A DNA stretch of 63,996 nt, counting the filler, from Stramenopiles sp. TOSAG23-3 (Eukaryota), in the NCBI GenBank assembly GCA_900128585.1. It is 3 parts of 3 records of this genome, joined end to end, with 100 filler letters (N's around TTAATTAATTAA, not from the genome) between each part and the next. Parts side by side here need not be neighbours in the genome. Positions count along the whole stretch, not along the records: positions 1 to 21,639 come from LT642352.1; 2 more parts are not named here. One strand, written 5' to 3'. The translations under genes and the position numbers were made by a program. Of the stretch, positions 8,099 through 18,652 are shown piece after piece; the stretch's first letter is position 1; the number at the start of each line of letters is the position of its first letter. The notes under the pieces were generated by a model. The model searched no databases. It was not told where the DNA came from and saw only the letters and a program-made list of their open reading frames with translations.

Positions 8099-11074
8099 CT
8101 ACTTGCCGCTCGCCCCGTTCAAGTCGACGAACGCGTTGAAAAAATTGTAGATTTTCTTCGCGTTCCCAATGCCAACGACAGGCTTCAGGTCCACCACGTC
8201 CAACATGCTCAGCTTGACCAGCGTTGGAGCAATCTTCGACAGCCCCCTGGCATTGTCCCGGGTCACCCCCGGCACACGAAGAAGCATGTCCGCCGGCGCA
8301 AGCTTCGCGTCCACGGCCGTGATCCCAGCGTTTGCCGAGGACGCGGACCCCAGCTCACTTTTCCCGCCGCCTGCTGCGGCAACGCTCGTTCCTACAACGC
8401 CTGCAACGTCGGGCTCGCTGCCCTTCTCCTTTAGCGTCTGGAACATCGACGCGGTCGCCCGGGGGCTGCGCATCCAAATCAACCGTAGGTGGGGAAAGTG
8501 AATAGTCAGCAAGACCATCCGAGAGATGATGTGGCCCACCCGAATGTCCGAGGGGAGCTTCTTGCTGTGCGTCAGGCGAAACTCCCGGTCGGCGGAAAAC
8601 TCGATCAGCAGAGACGGCTGCCGGAAGTGGCGCGACATTGCCTCGACCTGGGTGACGAGGCGCCCCGATGCGAACGAGCCGTACAGGTCGCTCAAACTCT
8701 TTCGCTCGACTACCAGGTCCGGGGTCAGGATGTAATCCCCCACGGTCAACGTGATCGGGACCACCTCCATGCCTTTCAGGTCCAGCATGGACGGGAGCCC
8801 ACTTCGAAACTCCCGGACATCGCAGATGACACGGTTCGGCTTCTCCTTTCCAAACTTTCCCCCTGCGTTCCGCGAAGAGCTCTTCTTCAGCGTCTTCGAC
8901 AGCTGCGCAGTCGTAAAGTCGTTCACGTGGTACACCCCATCTTGGATCTCGGGCTCTATGTCATCCTGGACGACCACGTGGGACTTGTAGTCGATCAGCT
9001 GCAAGAACGCATCCCGTTCCGACTTCAAAGACGCAAGGTATTGTTGCTCTTCGATGGTGGCTTCGTAAATCAGAAAATAGACACGAATGCATTTGTGCGG
9101 GTTCTCGTTGGCGAAGACTTCGATTTCTCGAATGACCTTTGGGTTCGGATTGTACAGCACGATGTAGGTCGGCTGCGCCTCTTTCAAAAAGTGGCCCACG
9201 GCGATTTCCTCCCCACTTTCCGGGAGGGCGACGATCGATTCCTCCACGATGCGGACCAGGGGCTGCCCCGCCTTCGTCGACGAGGAAACTTTGCATTCGG
9301 ACTCCCACCAGTCTTGGATTGTGCCGAACCCTTCGTTATTTACATCGTGGTCGACTGCGGGGGAGGGCACGGTCTCGTCCCCGCCAGGGGCGCGACTGAC
9401 TCCCCCCCCTTCCACGGAACGTTCGCCTTGGGCATCTGGGGGCAGGGGTTTCTTCGCGAAAGAAGCGAGGGCGGCCTGTCTCTCTTTGCGAAGGATCGAG
9501 CTCCTGGCCTCTCTCGCGCCAACGACCCCTCTAATAAAGTTGTCCACGTCGTCCGCGGCCAGGGCCTTCACGGCCTGGTTTTCTTCTAACAGATTCTTCA
9601 ACGCCTTGTCTTTGTACGCGTACTTGGCCACCACCCTGTTCAAATACCCGTTTCCGCCAAGCACAAGGTAGCGCACGGCTTCCCGGCACGCCCGCGGAGT
9701 GTTCCCCAGTATCAAGATCGGAGGCTCCGGGGAGACGGGCGGAAACCGCTTGTCCATAGGGGACGGGTCTGCGTTGTCCATGGGCTCCGGCGCCGCCCCG
9801 CTCGACCTGGCCGCCTTTGCCGTTTCCAACACTTCGCCTATCACCTCCTTTAACAGTTTCCACTTGGGGTTTTCTTCCAAAACGGACCGTCTCGTGGTCT
9901 TAAAGCCCCTGCTCGGGGCACTCGCCTCCTTGGGCCCTTTCTTTCCCGCCGGTGCCCTGCCCGCTGCCTGCGGGAGAGCAACTTTTTTCTGCGCCCCCTT
10001 GCCCCCTTTCGTCGGGCTGGGCAGACGCTTTCGCGTCAGTTTGTACACCCGCAGCCGGGCCACGTCAAAGATGACGTCCGCAGCGTCCGACAGCAGCCAC
10101 GGCGACGGCTCTTTGTAGAAATGGCCGTCGTCCAATTTTTGGGATGCCATGTCCCTCACTGCCAGCAGAAAACGGTTGAACGTGACGCAGTCGAAGTTCA
10201 ACAAGTGGTGCAGGAGGCGGCGCAGCAGTCGAATGTCGGACACGAGCTGCTTCGACTTGTAGTCCAGGGACGACCATTGGGGGTTGAGCCGTTCCATCAA
10301 AAACGCGTCGAACGACTCGAGAAGGCCTTTGGCCACCGTGCACTCCGTGACGTCAATCTGGGCAATGTTCCCCAAATGCCGGAGGCACATTTCCATTACT
10401 TTAACAATCGCCATCTGAATCTTCTCCATCGTTTTGCTGAGGGGCTGCGCCAGCTCGATGACCTCCGGCGCGTGGGGTTCCAGGGAGCCCGAGACGTCTT
10501 TGTGAAACCTAGGCCACAGGTATATCGTCTTTACTCCCAGGCACTTCATGATGGTTTTGGTCTTTCCAAACCCCTTGGAGAGCCGGACCGCCTCGTCGCA
10601 GAAGGCTTTGACAAAGCCGGTCCGGTTGCCGCGGCGAAAGATTCGAAGAATAAAGGCTTCGATGGACAGCTCCGTGACCCTGTGGGCATCGTACACAAGG
10701 AAGCCCGTGATGCACTTTGGTTGGACCCGCTTCTGCAGTAAGTCCAGAATGAGCACGCGGGACGTCAAGATGAAGCAACCGCCCTCATTGTACATTTTCA
10801 TGCGCTCGTCCCCGCTCGTCTTGTTCGTCAAAATTCGGGGCAAGTCTTCCGGTGGAACTTGCACGCTCTTCAGCTCGTACAGAATTTTTTCGGCGACGTG
10901 ATCGGCGTTCAAAATAAACGTCAGCGACGTTTTCTTGCAGAACAGCTGCGCGAACATGGAAATGAGCCGCAGAATTCCCAGGCCTTTCGCCATCACAATC
11001 ATCGCATTGTTGTTCAAGGCCTCCTTAAAAGCTTTTTCGTGGTACGGGCAGCTCTTTCTTGGGTGAAGTTCCAT
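8099..11074 (-). CDS. ERCC4: DNA repair endonuclease XPF/ERCC4 (Rad1/Rad16)
   Basis: Inactive helicase-like N-terminus (TSRVLILDLL, EAFILRIFR, LWPRFH), nuclease motifs VICDVREFRS, VGDYIL and VERKSLSDL, and C-terminal HhH (LLRVPGVT). Confidence 0.96.
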   Translation of the reverse strand: MELHPRKSCPYHEKAFKEALNNNAMIVMAKGLGILRLISMFAQLFCKKTSLTFILNADHVAEKILYELKSVQVPPEDLPRILTNKTSGDERMKMYNEGGCFILTSRVLILDLLQKRVQPKCITGFLVYDAHRVTELSIEAFILRIFRRGNRTGFVKAFCDEAVRLSKGFGKTKTIMKCLGVKTIYLWPRFHKDVSGSLEPHAPEVIELAQPLSKTMEKIQMAIVKVMEMCLRHLGNIAQIDVTECTVAKGLLESFDAFLMERLNPQWSSLDYKSKQLVSDIRLLRRLLHHLLNFDCVTFNRFLLAVRDMASQKLDDGHFYKEPSPWLLSDAADVIFDVARLRVYKLTRKRLPSPTKGGKGAQKKVALPQAAGRAPAGKKGPKEASAPSRGFKTTRRSVLEENPKWKLLKEVIGEVLETAKAARSSGAAPEPMDNADPSPMDKRFPPVSPEPPILILGNTPRACREAVRYLVLGGNGYLNRVVAKYAYKDKALKNLLEENQAVKALAADDVDNFIRGVVGAREARSSILRKERQAALASFAKKPLPPDAQGERSVEGGGVSRAPGGDETVPSPAVDHDVNNEGFGTIQDWWESECKVSSSTKAGQPLVRIVEESIVALPESGEEIAVGHFLKEAQPTYIVLYNPNPKVIREIEVFANENPHKCIRVYFLIYEATIEEQQYLASLKSERDAFLQLIDYKSHVVVQDDIEPEIQDGVYHVNDFTTAQLSKTLKKSSSRNAGGKFGKEKPNRVICDVREFRSGLPSMLDLKGMEVVPITLTVGDYILTPDLVVERKSLSDLYGSFASGRLVTQVEAMSRHFRQPSLLIEFSADREFRLTHSKKLPSDIRVGHIISRMVLLTIHFPHLRLIWMRSPRATASMFQTLKEKGSEPDVAGVVGTSVAAAGGGKSELGSASSANAGITAVDAKLAPADMLLRVPGVTRDNARGLSKIAPTLVKLSMLDVVDLKPVVGIGNAKKIYNFFNAFVDLNGASGK

Positions 11075-11519
11075 GGCGCCGCGCCGCTGATGCGTTTCGT
11101 TTCGAGGGGATACGACTGGGGACGTGCACGCGCAAAACTGCTTTACACGCCTCCCATTTAAAGAAAAACACTCTTCTTTGCCGTTTCGTTTCGTTTCCTT
11201 TCGTTTATCGTAATAAAATCAATCACTTGATTTCTACAAATCTGTTTTCTATATCTATCTGTAAACCATTTCAATTTTCAATTTTCAATTTTCAATTTCA
11301 CTTCTTTATTTGACCGTCCGTCGGTCCGACCCTCCCAAGCTCTCTCTCCCCGCCTTCCCTCCTCCCTCCCCGCCTTCTTCCATACTACAAATTATAGTAA
11401 ATACCTTAATTATTCTTAAAACATTCTTCCTTTTCTTAATTTATATAGAATACTATACTATTATGTATACTTTTAAAATCTATTTATTTCCTATGTATGT
11501 AAACCATACCAACCACTTC

Positions 11520-11529
11520 TCCTTCTCCT

Positions 11530-11593
<64 letters not shown>

Positions 11594-11607
11594 TCGACTC
11601 TTTCGAC
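11520..11607. repeat. (CTTT)n microsatellite ending in CTTTCGACT units
   Basis: Directly visible. Confidence 0.95.
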
Positions 11608-11912
11608 GACCATGTTATTTCTATGTGTTGTGAATGTATACAGGGGTACAGTGGTGTACATTATCTCATTATTATTATTATTTTTTATATTATTAAAAAA
11701 AAAAAAGAAAGAAGAAGATGATATATATTTTCAGATTTGTTGTCTGTGTGTCCGTCTCAGAAGAAGAAGTAGAAGAGATATATAATGAACAAAACAATCA
11801 AGGATTTACTTATGAATCTAGCTTTTTGAGAAAGAAGTTTGTACGATTTTTGTGCTTTATCTCGTTGTTTTTATTTTGTTATTTTCCTTTCTCTTTTGAT
11901 ACGTGATAAGTA

Positions 11913-13250
11913 ATGTTTTTTCTGAAAGCGGTAGGGTCACAAGCTGCGAAGCGGATAGGGACCGTCGGTGCCGGTACAAAAGCGTGCCGTCGGTTTTCGA
12001 ATTTCGGTGCACCCCTTGTGGCCTATTCTTCGCGAGCGAACCGTTCGTTTCATTCGGGTGGCAGTGTGTTGTTTCCGTCTGCGAAGAACTGGCGAGTTAG
12101 TGGTCCAGAAGAGGGTCGAAGGTACTTTACTACAACGGGGGAGGACGAGGGGGACGAGGCGCAGCCGGAAGAGGAAACGGCGGCGGCAGCGGTGGCGGAG
12201 CAGGAAGACGAGGCGCAGCCAGAGGAGGTGGAGACCGCGTCGGCGGAGCCAGAAGAAGGCGCCGCGGCCGACGAAGTGGAGGAAGAGAAGACTGCACCCT
12301 CCCAGCACCAATTCGTCTTAGATCGCATTCAATACAACAAGGAAAAGAAAGAGCGGATACAAGTGATGAGAGGGAAAGTAGCAAAGCAGAAACTTCACAA
12401 TGAACGCAAGCGAGAAAGGAAGATAGCGTCCAGGCAGCACAGGCCAGTCGTTCGAGACGACGACGTGGACATGCCTTGGCAAGGGGATGGCAAGGGGAAG
12501 GGCCCGGAAAACGCAAAGGCGGCGAAGACACACGAGCACGCAAAGGTCATTCTCAAGAACAAGAAGCGATCGCTGTCGTTCCGTGGAAAACGCATGAAGC
12601 AGCTGCAGTACGAGGCTGCTAATTTTTGGATGACGTCGGAAGAAGATGTTGAGGAGGAGTTGACCGGGGGAAAGGGACGGGGGGGGGCGAAGGGTTCGTA
12701 CACGAAGAAGAACCTATCGCTTTCTTCCTATTCCAGCACGGAATGGAACACATACCGCAAGGCCGCAGCCGACCTCAAAGTGAAGATGACGGAGAGGGCG
12801 GCGGGGGGCAGTTCGCCGGTGGCCTCGTTTACCTTGGCGGGCACCGCCCAAGACGTCGGCGACGTCTGCAAGGCGTTCCGCTTTTTGCAAGAATTAGACC
12901 GGCTGACAGACGACGACATCATGGCAGAAGTTAAAGATAACTTTTCCTTTGAAAACATGGAAGCCCTTGTGGCGGAGGCGGGCCGTGAAGTTCAGTACCG
13001 TCGCCAACGTCGAGCCAAGTTAAGTTTGGACAAAATGTCGGACGCGGACTTCGTCGTCGAGGCGGAGTTGACGTCCTTTTTGGTAAAACTGAAGAGGAAA
13101 CTCCTAGAATTGCGGTGGGAGCATAAGGTCGTGAAGAACGAGGTGAATGCGGTCGTGTCCAAGATCGAAGAAATCGTTTCATCGGGGGGAAGGAAGAAAG
13201 GCAAGTCCGACACGCGTGCTGGGCGGAATGGGAAGAGGAGGCAAAGGTAA
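11913..13250 (+). CDS. Hypothetical protein with probable mitochondrial targeting peptide, acidic region and coiled coils
   Basis: 445-aa GC-rich ORF. The Arg/Ser-rich N-terminus is poor in acidic residues and ends at RRYFTT; E/A-rich repeats follow (DEAQPEEE/V x2). Confidence 0.7.
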   Translation: MFFLKAVGSQAAKRIGTVGAGTKACRRFSNFGAPLVAYSSRANRSFHSGGSVLFPSAKNWRVSGPEEGRRYFTTTGEDEGDEAQPEEETAAAAVAEQEDEAQPEEVETASAEPEEGAAADEVEEEKTAPSQHQFVLDRIQYNKEKKERIQVMRGKVAKQKLHNERKRERKIASRQHRPVVRDDDVDMPWQGDGKGKGPENAKAAKTHEHAKVILKNKKRSLSFRGKRMKQLQYEAANFWMTSEEDVEEELTGGKGRGGAKGSYTKKNLSLSSYSSTEWNTYRKAAADLKVKMTERAAGGSSPVASFTLAGTAQDVGDVCKAFRFLQELDRLTDDDIMAEVKDNFSFENMEALVAEAGREVQYRRQRRAKLSLDKMSDADFVVEAELTSFLVKLKRKLLELRWEHKVVKNEVNAVVSKIEEIVSSGGRKKGKSDTRAGRNGKRRQR

Positions 13251-13860
13251 ATTTGTTTTGCGGTCAGAAGAACCGAAAAAGGAACGAAGTGAGTGTAAAG
13301 GCAAACACCCTGTCGTATGATTAAAAAAAACAAATTATTTAGTATGCTTGAAGTCGTATGAAAAAAACAAATTATATCAAAAGAGTATCTCGTACTATAA
13401 AGTTGCACCTGGGATCACAATACGCTCGCTACATGTTGTACAAAAACTCTACGGTGCGCCTAGCTGCCGTCTGCCTATACTGCACTCCCCCGTCTTCTTA
13501 CTTTTCAACTTCACCGCCGCCCTGGACTGCTTCGGCCGCGCGTCCCCCGGTATGCTGCCGATGGTGTGGCCATGTTAACGCGCAAGCTTCCCGTTTGCAC
13601 GGGGTGTTGGAAATGTTGTGCCAAGCGCATGGTCGGGGAGGGAGAGCTGGGCTTGCAGAGGCGAGGAGGCGAGGGCGACGGAGACGCCCTGAGAACGCGG
13701 TCGGGGGCGCCATGCACTTTCTACAGGATACATACTCTACGCTAACATGCACCAGGACGCCGCTGCAGGACAGACACTCTGAGGCTGCCCGTGCTGTTAT
13801 TTTTTATAAAAACGAATATATATATATGACTGTAAAATAATAATATTCCCACCACTATAT

Positions 13861-14262
13861 TTATTGGGCGCGCTTTTGCTTGCGCAAAGCAATACGACGA
13901 CCTGTACCACGGAACTTCTTGTCACGGTTCTTCTTTTCCGTTTTTTGTTTCTTGGAACTCTCAACCTTTTCTTGGATCTTGTTGCGGATAAGACGGTATT
14001 TTGGTTCGAATTTCTTGGCGGCTTCCAGGGAGTCGTAGATTAGTGCGAACCCTTTGCTTTTACCTCCACCGAAACCGGTGCGTAGGCCGAATACGAAAAT
14101 GGTGGAGTCATCGCTGACCTTCATCATTTTGGCGATTTGTGCACGGGCAGTCTTCTGGGAAACGTTGGCTTTGTTTGGGTGGATGCACTCCAGAACGGCC
14201 TGTTTTCTTTGAAGAAGCGGGTTGCGCATAACTTTGCGCAGACGAATGGTAACACTGTCCAT
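13861..14262 (-). CDS. RPS24: 40S ribosomal protein S24 (eS24)
   Basis: VTIRLRKVMRNPLLQRKQ, HPNKANVS, FVFGLRTGFGGGKSKGFALIYDS and KKFEPKYRL. Confidence 0.97.
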   Translation of the reverse strand: MDSVTIRLRKVMRNPLLQRKQAVLECIHPNKANVSQKTARAQIAKMMKVSDDSTIFVFGLRTGFGGGKSKGFALIYDSLEAAKKFEPKYRLIRNKIQEKVESSKKQKTEKKNRDKKFRGTGRRIALRKQKRAQ

Positions 14263-16456
14263 ATTTGTTTGTTTGTACTAAAAAACTGAAACTTATTGGG
14301 TAAAAATTTGTATAATCTCCGTTGTAGATGTTTAAGTGAACCTTTCTCTCACACCTCTTCCACTCTGTTCTATCTTTCTTTCTTTCTTTTGCAACCCGTT
14401 GCCCGACTAGTATGATACAATCGGTGGAAACGCAATGGAATGGATTAAAAGAATAGATATTTTTATCTCCTTTCTTCTTCTTCTTTCCTTGTAATTCCTT
14501 CTTTCTTCTTTCTTCCTTCATTCCCTCGCTGCGTCGCTTGTCCATCCGAATTCTGAAAAATAAATAATTAAAGGAATAAGTTTCATTAAATTAATTAAAT
14601 ATTATAATCTATAATACAATAGTATAATTGAATTTTATAATCTAGAATAGAAACGTATAAATTTTATATTCCTTAATTGAACAAAATGGAACAAATTGGT
14701 ATCGGTGCTAATAAAATTAAGGGAACATTATTGAATGGCGCATTCCATTATTTTTTGTTTTATCCAATTATCCAATTGGAGAAGTATAAGTATAAAGTCT
14801 TCTATTTAAACCAATTTGGTTTTCTATTTAAACCGATTTAATATTTTCATAAAATATTTAAATTCATTCTTCCTTACATTTTGTTCATAAAACCATACAT
14901 ACAAACAACATTAGAACGCGATGAATGGCCGGCTGATGATGTAAGATGCTATGTACGTGTTAATTAAGAATAGTAGAAACTGAAAAAATTGATACGGTAT
15001 TAATGATATAATTAGGGTTTTTATGAAAATGGCTGGTTGTCAGACTTTGACGGTTTATTAACATCATCACAGTATTGGTATAAGAAACAATTCAATGGTA
15101 TTTATATGTATACAATTGATTTAATATAGTAATAGTATTGAATATTTTCTTATATCTATGCTGTGATTATGTTAAACAAGAAGGTGAAGAGGTGACTGGT
15201 TAGGAAGGGAATAAATACGGCGGGAATACTTTACTAATTAAGGTTTAAAGTATAAATATAATTTAAACGATATTTTAAAGCTAATAGTTAAAAGTATGGA
15301 AAAGAATTCAGGAAACATAAATTATAACCATTGTTATCCTTACCAATACCTCCCATTGTATCTTAACTTAAAAAAATGTCAAGTGTGATACGTGGCATGG
15401 TACTGTATGGTGTATGCAAACCAAACAAACCAAACCAAACCAAACGCAATTGTAACTATAAGAAAGAAAGAAAGAAAGAAACAAAGAAANNNNNNNTTCA
15501 TTTATAATCATTCATTCATTCATTCATTCATAAGAAAAAGAAAGAGCTATTCCATTGAATCAAAGACTACCAACCGCAGACTACTATAATAACTAACTGA
15601 CTGGTAGACAAGAGACAAGAAGACTGTTTATGGTTTTAATAGAAAATACTACATAATACAAGTATAGATACTCTATCAAGAGAATACAAAGCTAATTAAT
15701 GGATATAGAAAATAATCAAAAGAACATTCGTAAGAGGGAGACAGCATAGAGAATTAAAGAAAAAAGATATATGTTTTAAATTAAACTAAAAACTAAAGAA
15801 ACTATCAACAATTCGGTGACAATTTATAAAATAATGTAGAATACATAAGCATAAATAGATTATAATATAAATAATTCACAATTATTTAACTTATTTAAGT
15901 TATCTACTATATTTAGTACCCATCCTAAAATAAAAAAAGAAGGAAGAAAAAAAAAGAAACAAAGAAGGGAAATATTTTAAATTAAGGATTTAACAGACAA
16001 TATTTTTTATATACAACATTATATAGTAAAACAGAATAAAATATTCTTTGAATCGATAACGAAACAACTACTATCCTTAATTATCATCCATTCTAAAAAA
16101 AATTAAAAAATCGAAGAAAGAAAAAAAAAACACAACCTCTCATCATCATATATCATCATATGGTAGGTAGACTTAATAAATAAAATAATAAATAAAAAAA
16201 AGGTTTCCTTCCTTCTTTCTATCGTTTGGTACAAAGGATGGGAAGCACCTGTCCGATCAAAGGGTAGATGGATGGATGGATGATGCCAGGTTGGAAAAGG
16301 AACATACGCTTTTGTGCCTCCTGCACTACGCTTTCCCTTCATTAAAAAAAAAAAGATCAACATCAGATACAGCATACATACTTACATACACATTTACAGG
16401 AAAGTTGCGCAAAAGGTGCGTAAAGGTAACACGACACACGAAAAGACATCAGTGAA

Positions 16457-17368
16457 ATGGAAATAGCTGCGGGTTCAGTCGGAGCGATGGGGTACACGGT
16501 TTATGTTGGAAACTTGAACTTTAGCACCACCCAAGAAGATCTTAGAGCGTTCATGAACGGTGCAAGCGTGGGTGCTGTCATCAATGTGGAAGTTGTAGTT
16601 GGTGCCAATGGAACCTCGAAGGGTTGGGGCCTCGTAACGTTCCAGACGGAAGCAGGGGCGAGGGCCTGCATTGAGAATTTGAATGGGGCGTCCCTGCACG
16701 ACCGCCAGTTGAACATTCGCGAAGACCGTAAAACAGGCGCTGGTGGTGTTGCCACGAAGGGGCCGGTCGCCCCAACTGGCGACGGGACTAGTCTGTTTGT
16801 CAATAATTTGCCGTGGAGCGTGGACACCAACAAGTTTGCCATGCTGTTTGCGGGCTACCAAGTGGAAAGTGCCAACGTGGTGTACGGGAACGACCAGAGG
16901 AGCCGTGGGTATGGGATTTTAAAGATGGCGATGCCCAGCGAAGCAGAGCGCGCTATTCGAGAAATGGATGGATACATGCTCGAAGGGAGAAATTTGCAAG
17001 TGCGGTACGATGCAGGGAAGAAAGAGTCCGCGGCTGGTTCTTTTGGTGGTCGTGGTGCGGCGCCACAGCAGGGGGGTGCACCGAAAGTTTTTAAACCTCG
17101 AGTGCCAGGCTCAACCATTTACGTTGGAAATTTAGCGTGGAGTGTGACGTGGCAGACGTTGAAAGATACATTCGCCCAGTACGTCCCAGAGTACGCCGAC
17201 GTCAAGATTGGCTACGATGGAAGGTCGCGAGGATGGGGAACGGTAAGGTTTGCGGACGCGGAAACCGCCCAAAGAGCAATCAACGAGATTAACGGCACTC
17301 CAATCAACGGCCGAACGGTCGAAGTGCGCCTTGACCGTGGCCCAGGCGGAGGCCCGGGAGCGCAGTAA
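16457..17368 (+). CDS. Three-RRM RNA/ssDNA-binding protein, Gbp2/Hrb1/hnRNP M-like
   Basis: Three RRMs (RNP2 VYVGNL, LFVNNL, IYVGNL; RNP1 SKGWGLV, SRGYGIL, SRGWGTV). WSVTWQTLKDTF and the REDR/RLDR domain ends are typical of this family. Confidence 0.85.
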   Translation: MEIAAGSVGAMGYTVYVGNLNFSTTQEDLRAFMNGASVGAVINVEVVVGANGTSKGWGLVTFQTEAGARACIENLNGASLHDRQLNIREDRKTGAGGVATKGPVAPTGDGTSLFVNNLPWSVDTNKFAMLFAGYQVESANVVYGNDQRSRGYGILKMAMPSEAERAIREMDGYMLEGRNLQVRYDAGKKESAAGSFGGRGAAPQQGGAPKVFKPRVPGSTIYVGNLAWSVTWQTLKDTFAQYVPEYADVKIGYDGRSRGWGTVRFADAETAQRAINEINGTPINGRTVEVRLDRGPGGGPGAQ

Positions 17369-17556
17369 AGCAACCTGGCACACGGCGGCGGCACGTTTCG
17401 TTTTCGTGGTCCGGCCTTTCACCCATAAGTTGCAGAATTTTACATACAGGGCCCCCCTTTTAAAGCACCAAAAGTGTACAATTTTAAGAAGATACACACC
17501 CCCCAATTAAAATCAGAATATCAATAAAAAGTTTTAAAAAAACAACATTTAAATTT

Positions 17557-17851
17557 AAAAACAAGAAAATTGGCCCTGTTATTTAAAAAAACAAAATTTA
17601 GGTTGTATATTAATTTAATTTAAAAAAAAAAAATTGTTCACACTGCGAACTGAACTCTACTGGTGCAATTTTAGTAATCAACATACCTTTGTCACTTAAT
17701 CTTGACTATCATTTTCATAAAATATATGTGTGTACTCCATGACCCGAATCGGTGAGTGAAAGCGCGTCAACGCCATAAGACCCATAATCAACTGCCTCAT
17801 CCAATGTCTCACTCATAGATGAATCGTTCCTTGTGTGGTTTTCCAAGCATC
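17557..17851 (-). mobile_element. ~290-bp family A copy including the degenerate ORF end
   Basis: The reverse complement aligns by eye to 42590-42858 (GCTTGGAAAA, GAGACATnGGATGAGG, ATGGAGTA, GATAGTCAAGAnTAAGTGACA, GTTCGCAGT, CCAATTTT). Confidence 0.8.
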
Positions 17852-17897
17852 GGCGTCATTTAAATTTATCTCTCCGTAAAAAAGTTACTTCGTGTAG

Positions 17898-18017
17898 AAA
17901 ACAAAAAATTGGCTGCTATTTGCGTATACGAAGTTAAAATTTATCGTCTTCATGTGCCGCGAAAATGAATCTGCTCGTTTTTGTCCGTTAAAGGTTTACG
18001 TTCCTTCATGTACTGCG
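17898..18017 (-). mobile_element. Two adjacent short family A copies (tail type 1 and tail type 2)
   Basis: The minus strand reads CGCAGTACATGAAGGAACGTAAACC...GGACAAAAAC followed by GAGCAGATT...CGCGGCACATGAAGACGATAAATTTTAA...CAGCCAATTTTTTGTTTT. Confidence 0.75.
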
Positions 18018-18652
18018 TAAAAAAGTTAAAAGGAAAAAAAATTCAAGTATGGGCATGGGGTGGCAAATGACGCCGTCGGTCTTGTACTTTCTCCATTTAG
18101 CGTGCTTGGCGCCCCTGAGCAATAAAATTCGCCCCCCGTTGAGTGTCCTGTAGTTCGCTCGATTATCGCGTAGTTAAAAGGTTTTTAAAAAAATAAAAAT
18201 AAGCTCTTGTACGTGCGTTATGTACGAAATAAATTTTGCGAAGAGTCTAAAAATGCTCCTTTGCCACATCCATGCACATTTTGCATGGTCTCTTTTTTTC
18301 AAATAAAAAGAAATTATCTTTAAAAAATTGTCAAATACACTTTGATAAGTGCCTTATCGTAAGATAATGGTTTCTGCTGGCATCACGGGCCAGGTCCGCC
18401 TGGTGCGCGGTGTCTGGTGACTCCCGGTCCGACGCGTCATTGGTGAAAAATCCAATTTCTCCGCGATTGCTCGGGGTTTCAAAATAGAGAACAACCCTAT
18501 TGTTCTCTCTTCCAAGGAAATATGATATCTTACAGTATCATACCATCATACATCCTTGGGTGTCAAAGTTTCAAACACAAGAAAATGTGTTTGCAGGTTT
18601 CAAAATGGGCCAAAACGGTGCCCAAAGGTGTTGAGGGGACGCGTAGTCGCGT

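Noticed and set aside
8489-10741. Long antisense ORFs opposite XPF (also 3858-4574, 18668-19720, 58146-59357)
   Set aside because: Typical shadow ORFs of GC-rich coding strands; no recognisable motifs.
14690-15110. Proteinlike snippets (LERDEWPADDVRCY, GFYENGWLSDFDG) in the RPS24-RRM spacer
   Set aside because: Too short and broken, with no family recognised; cannot be distinguished from chance.
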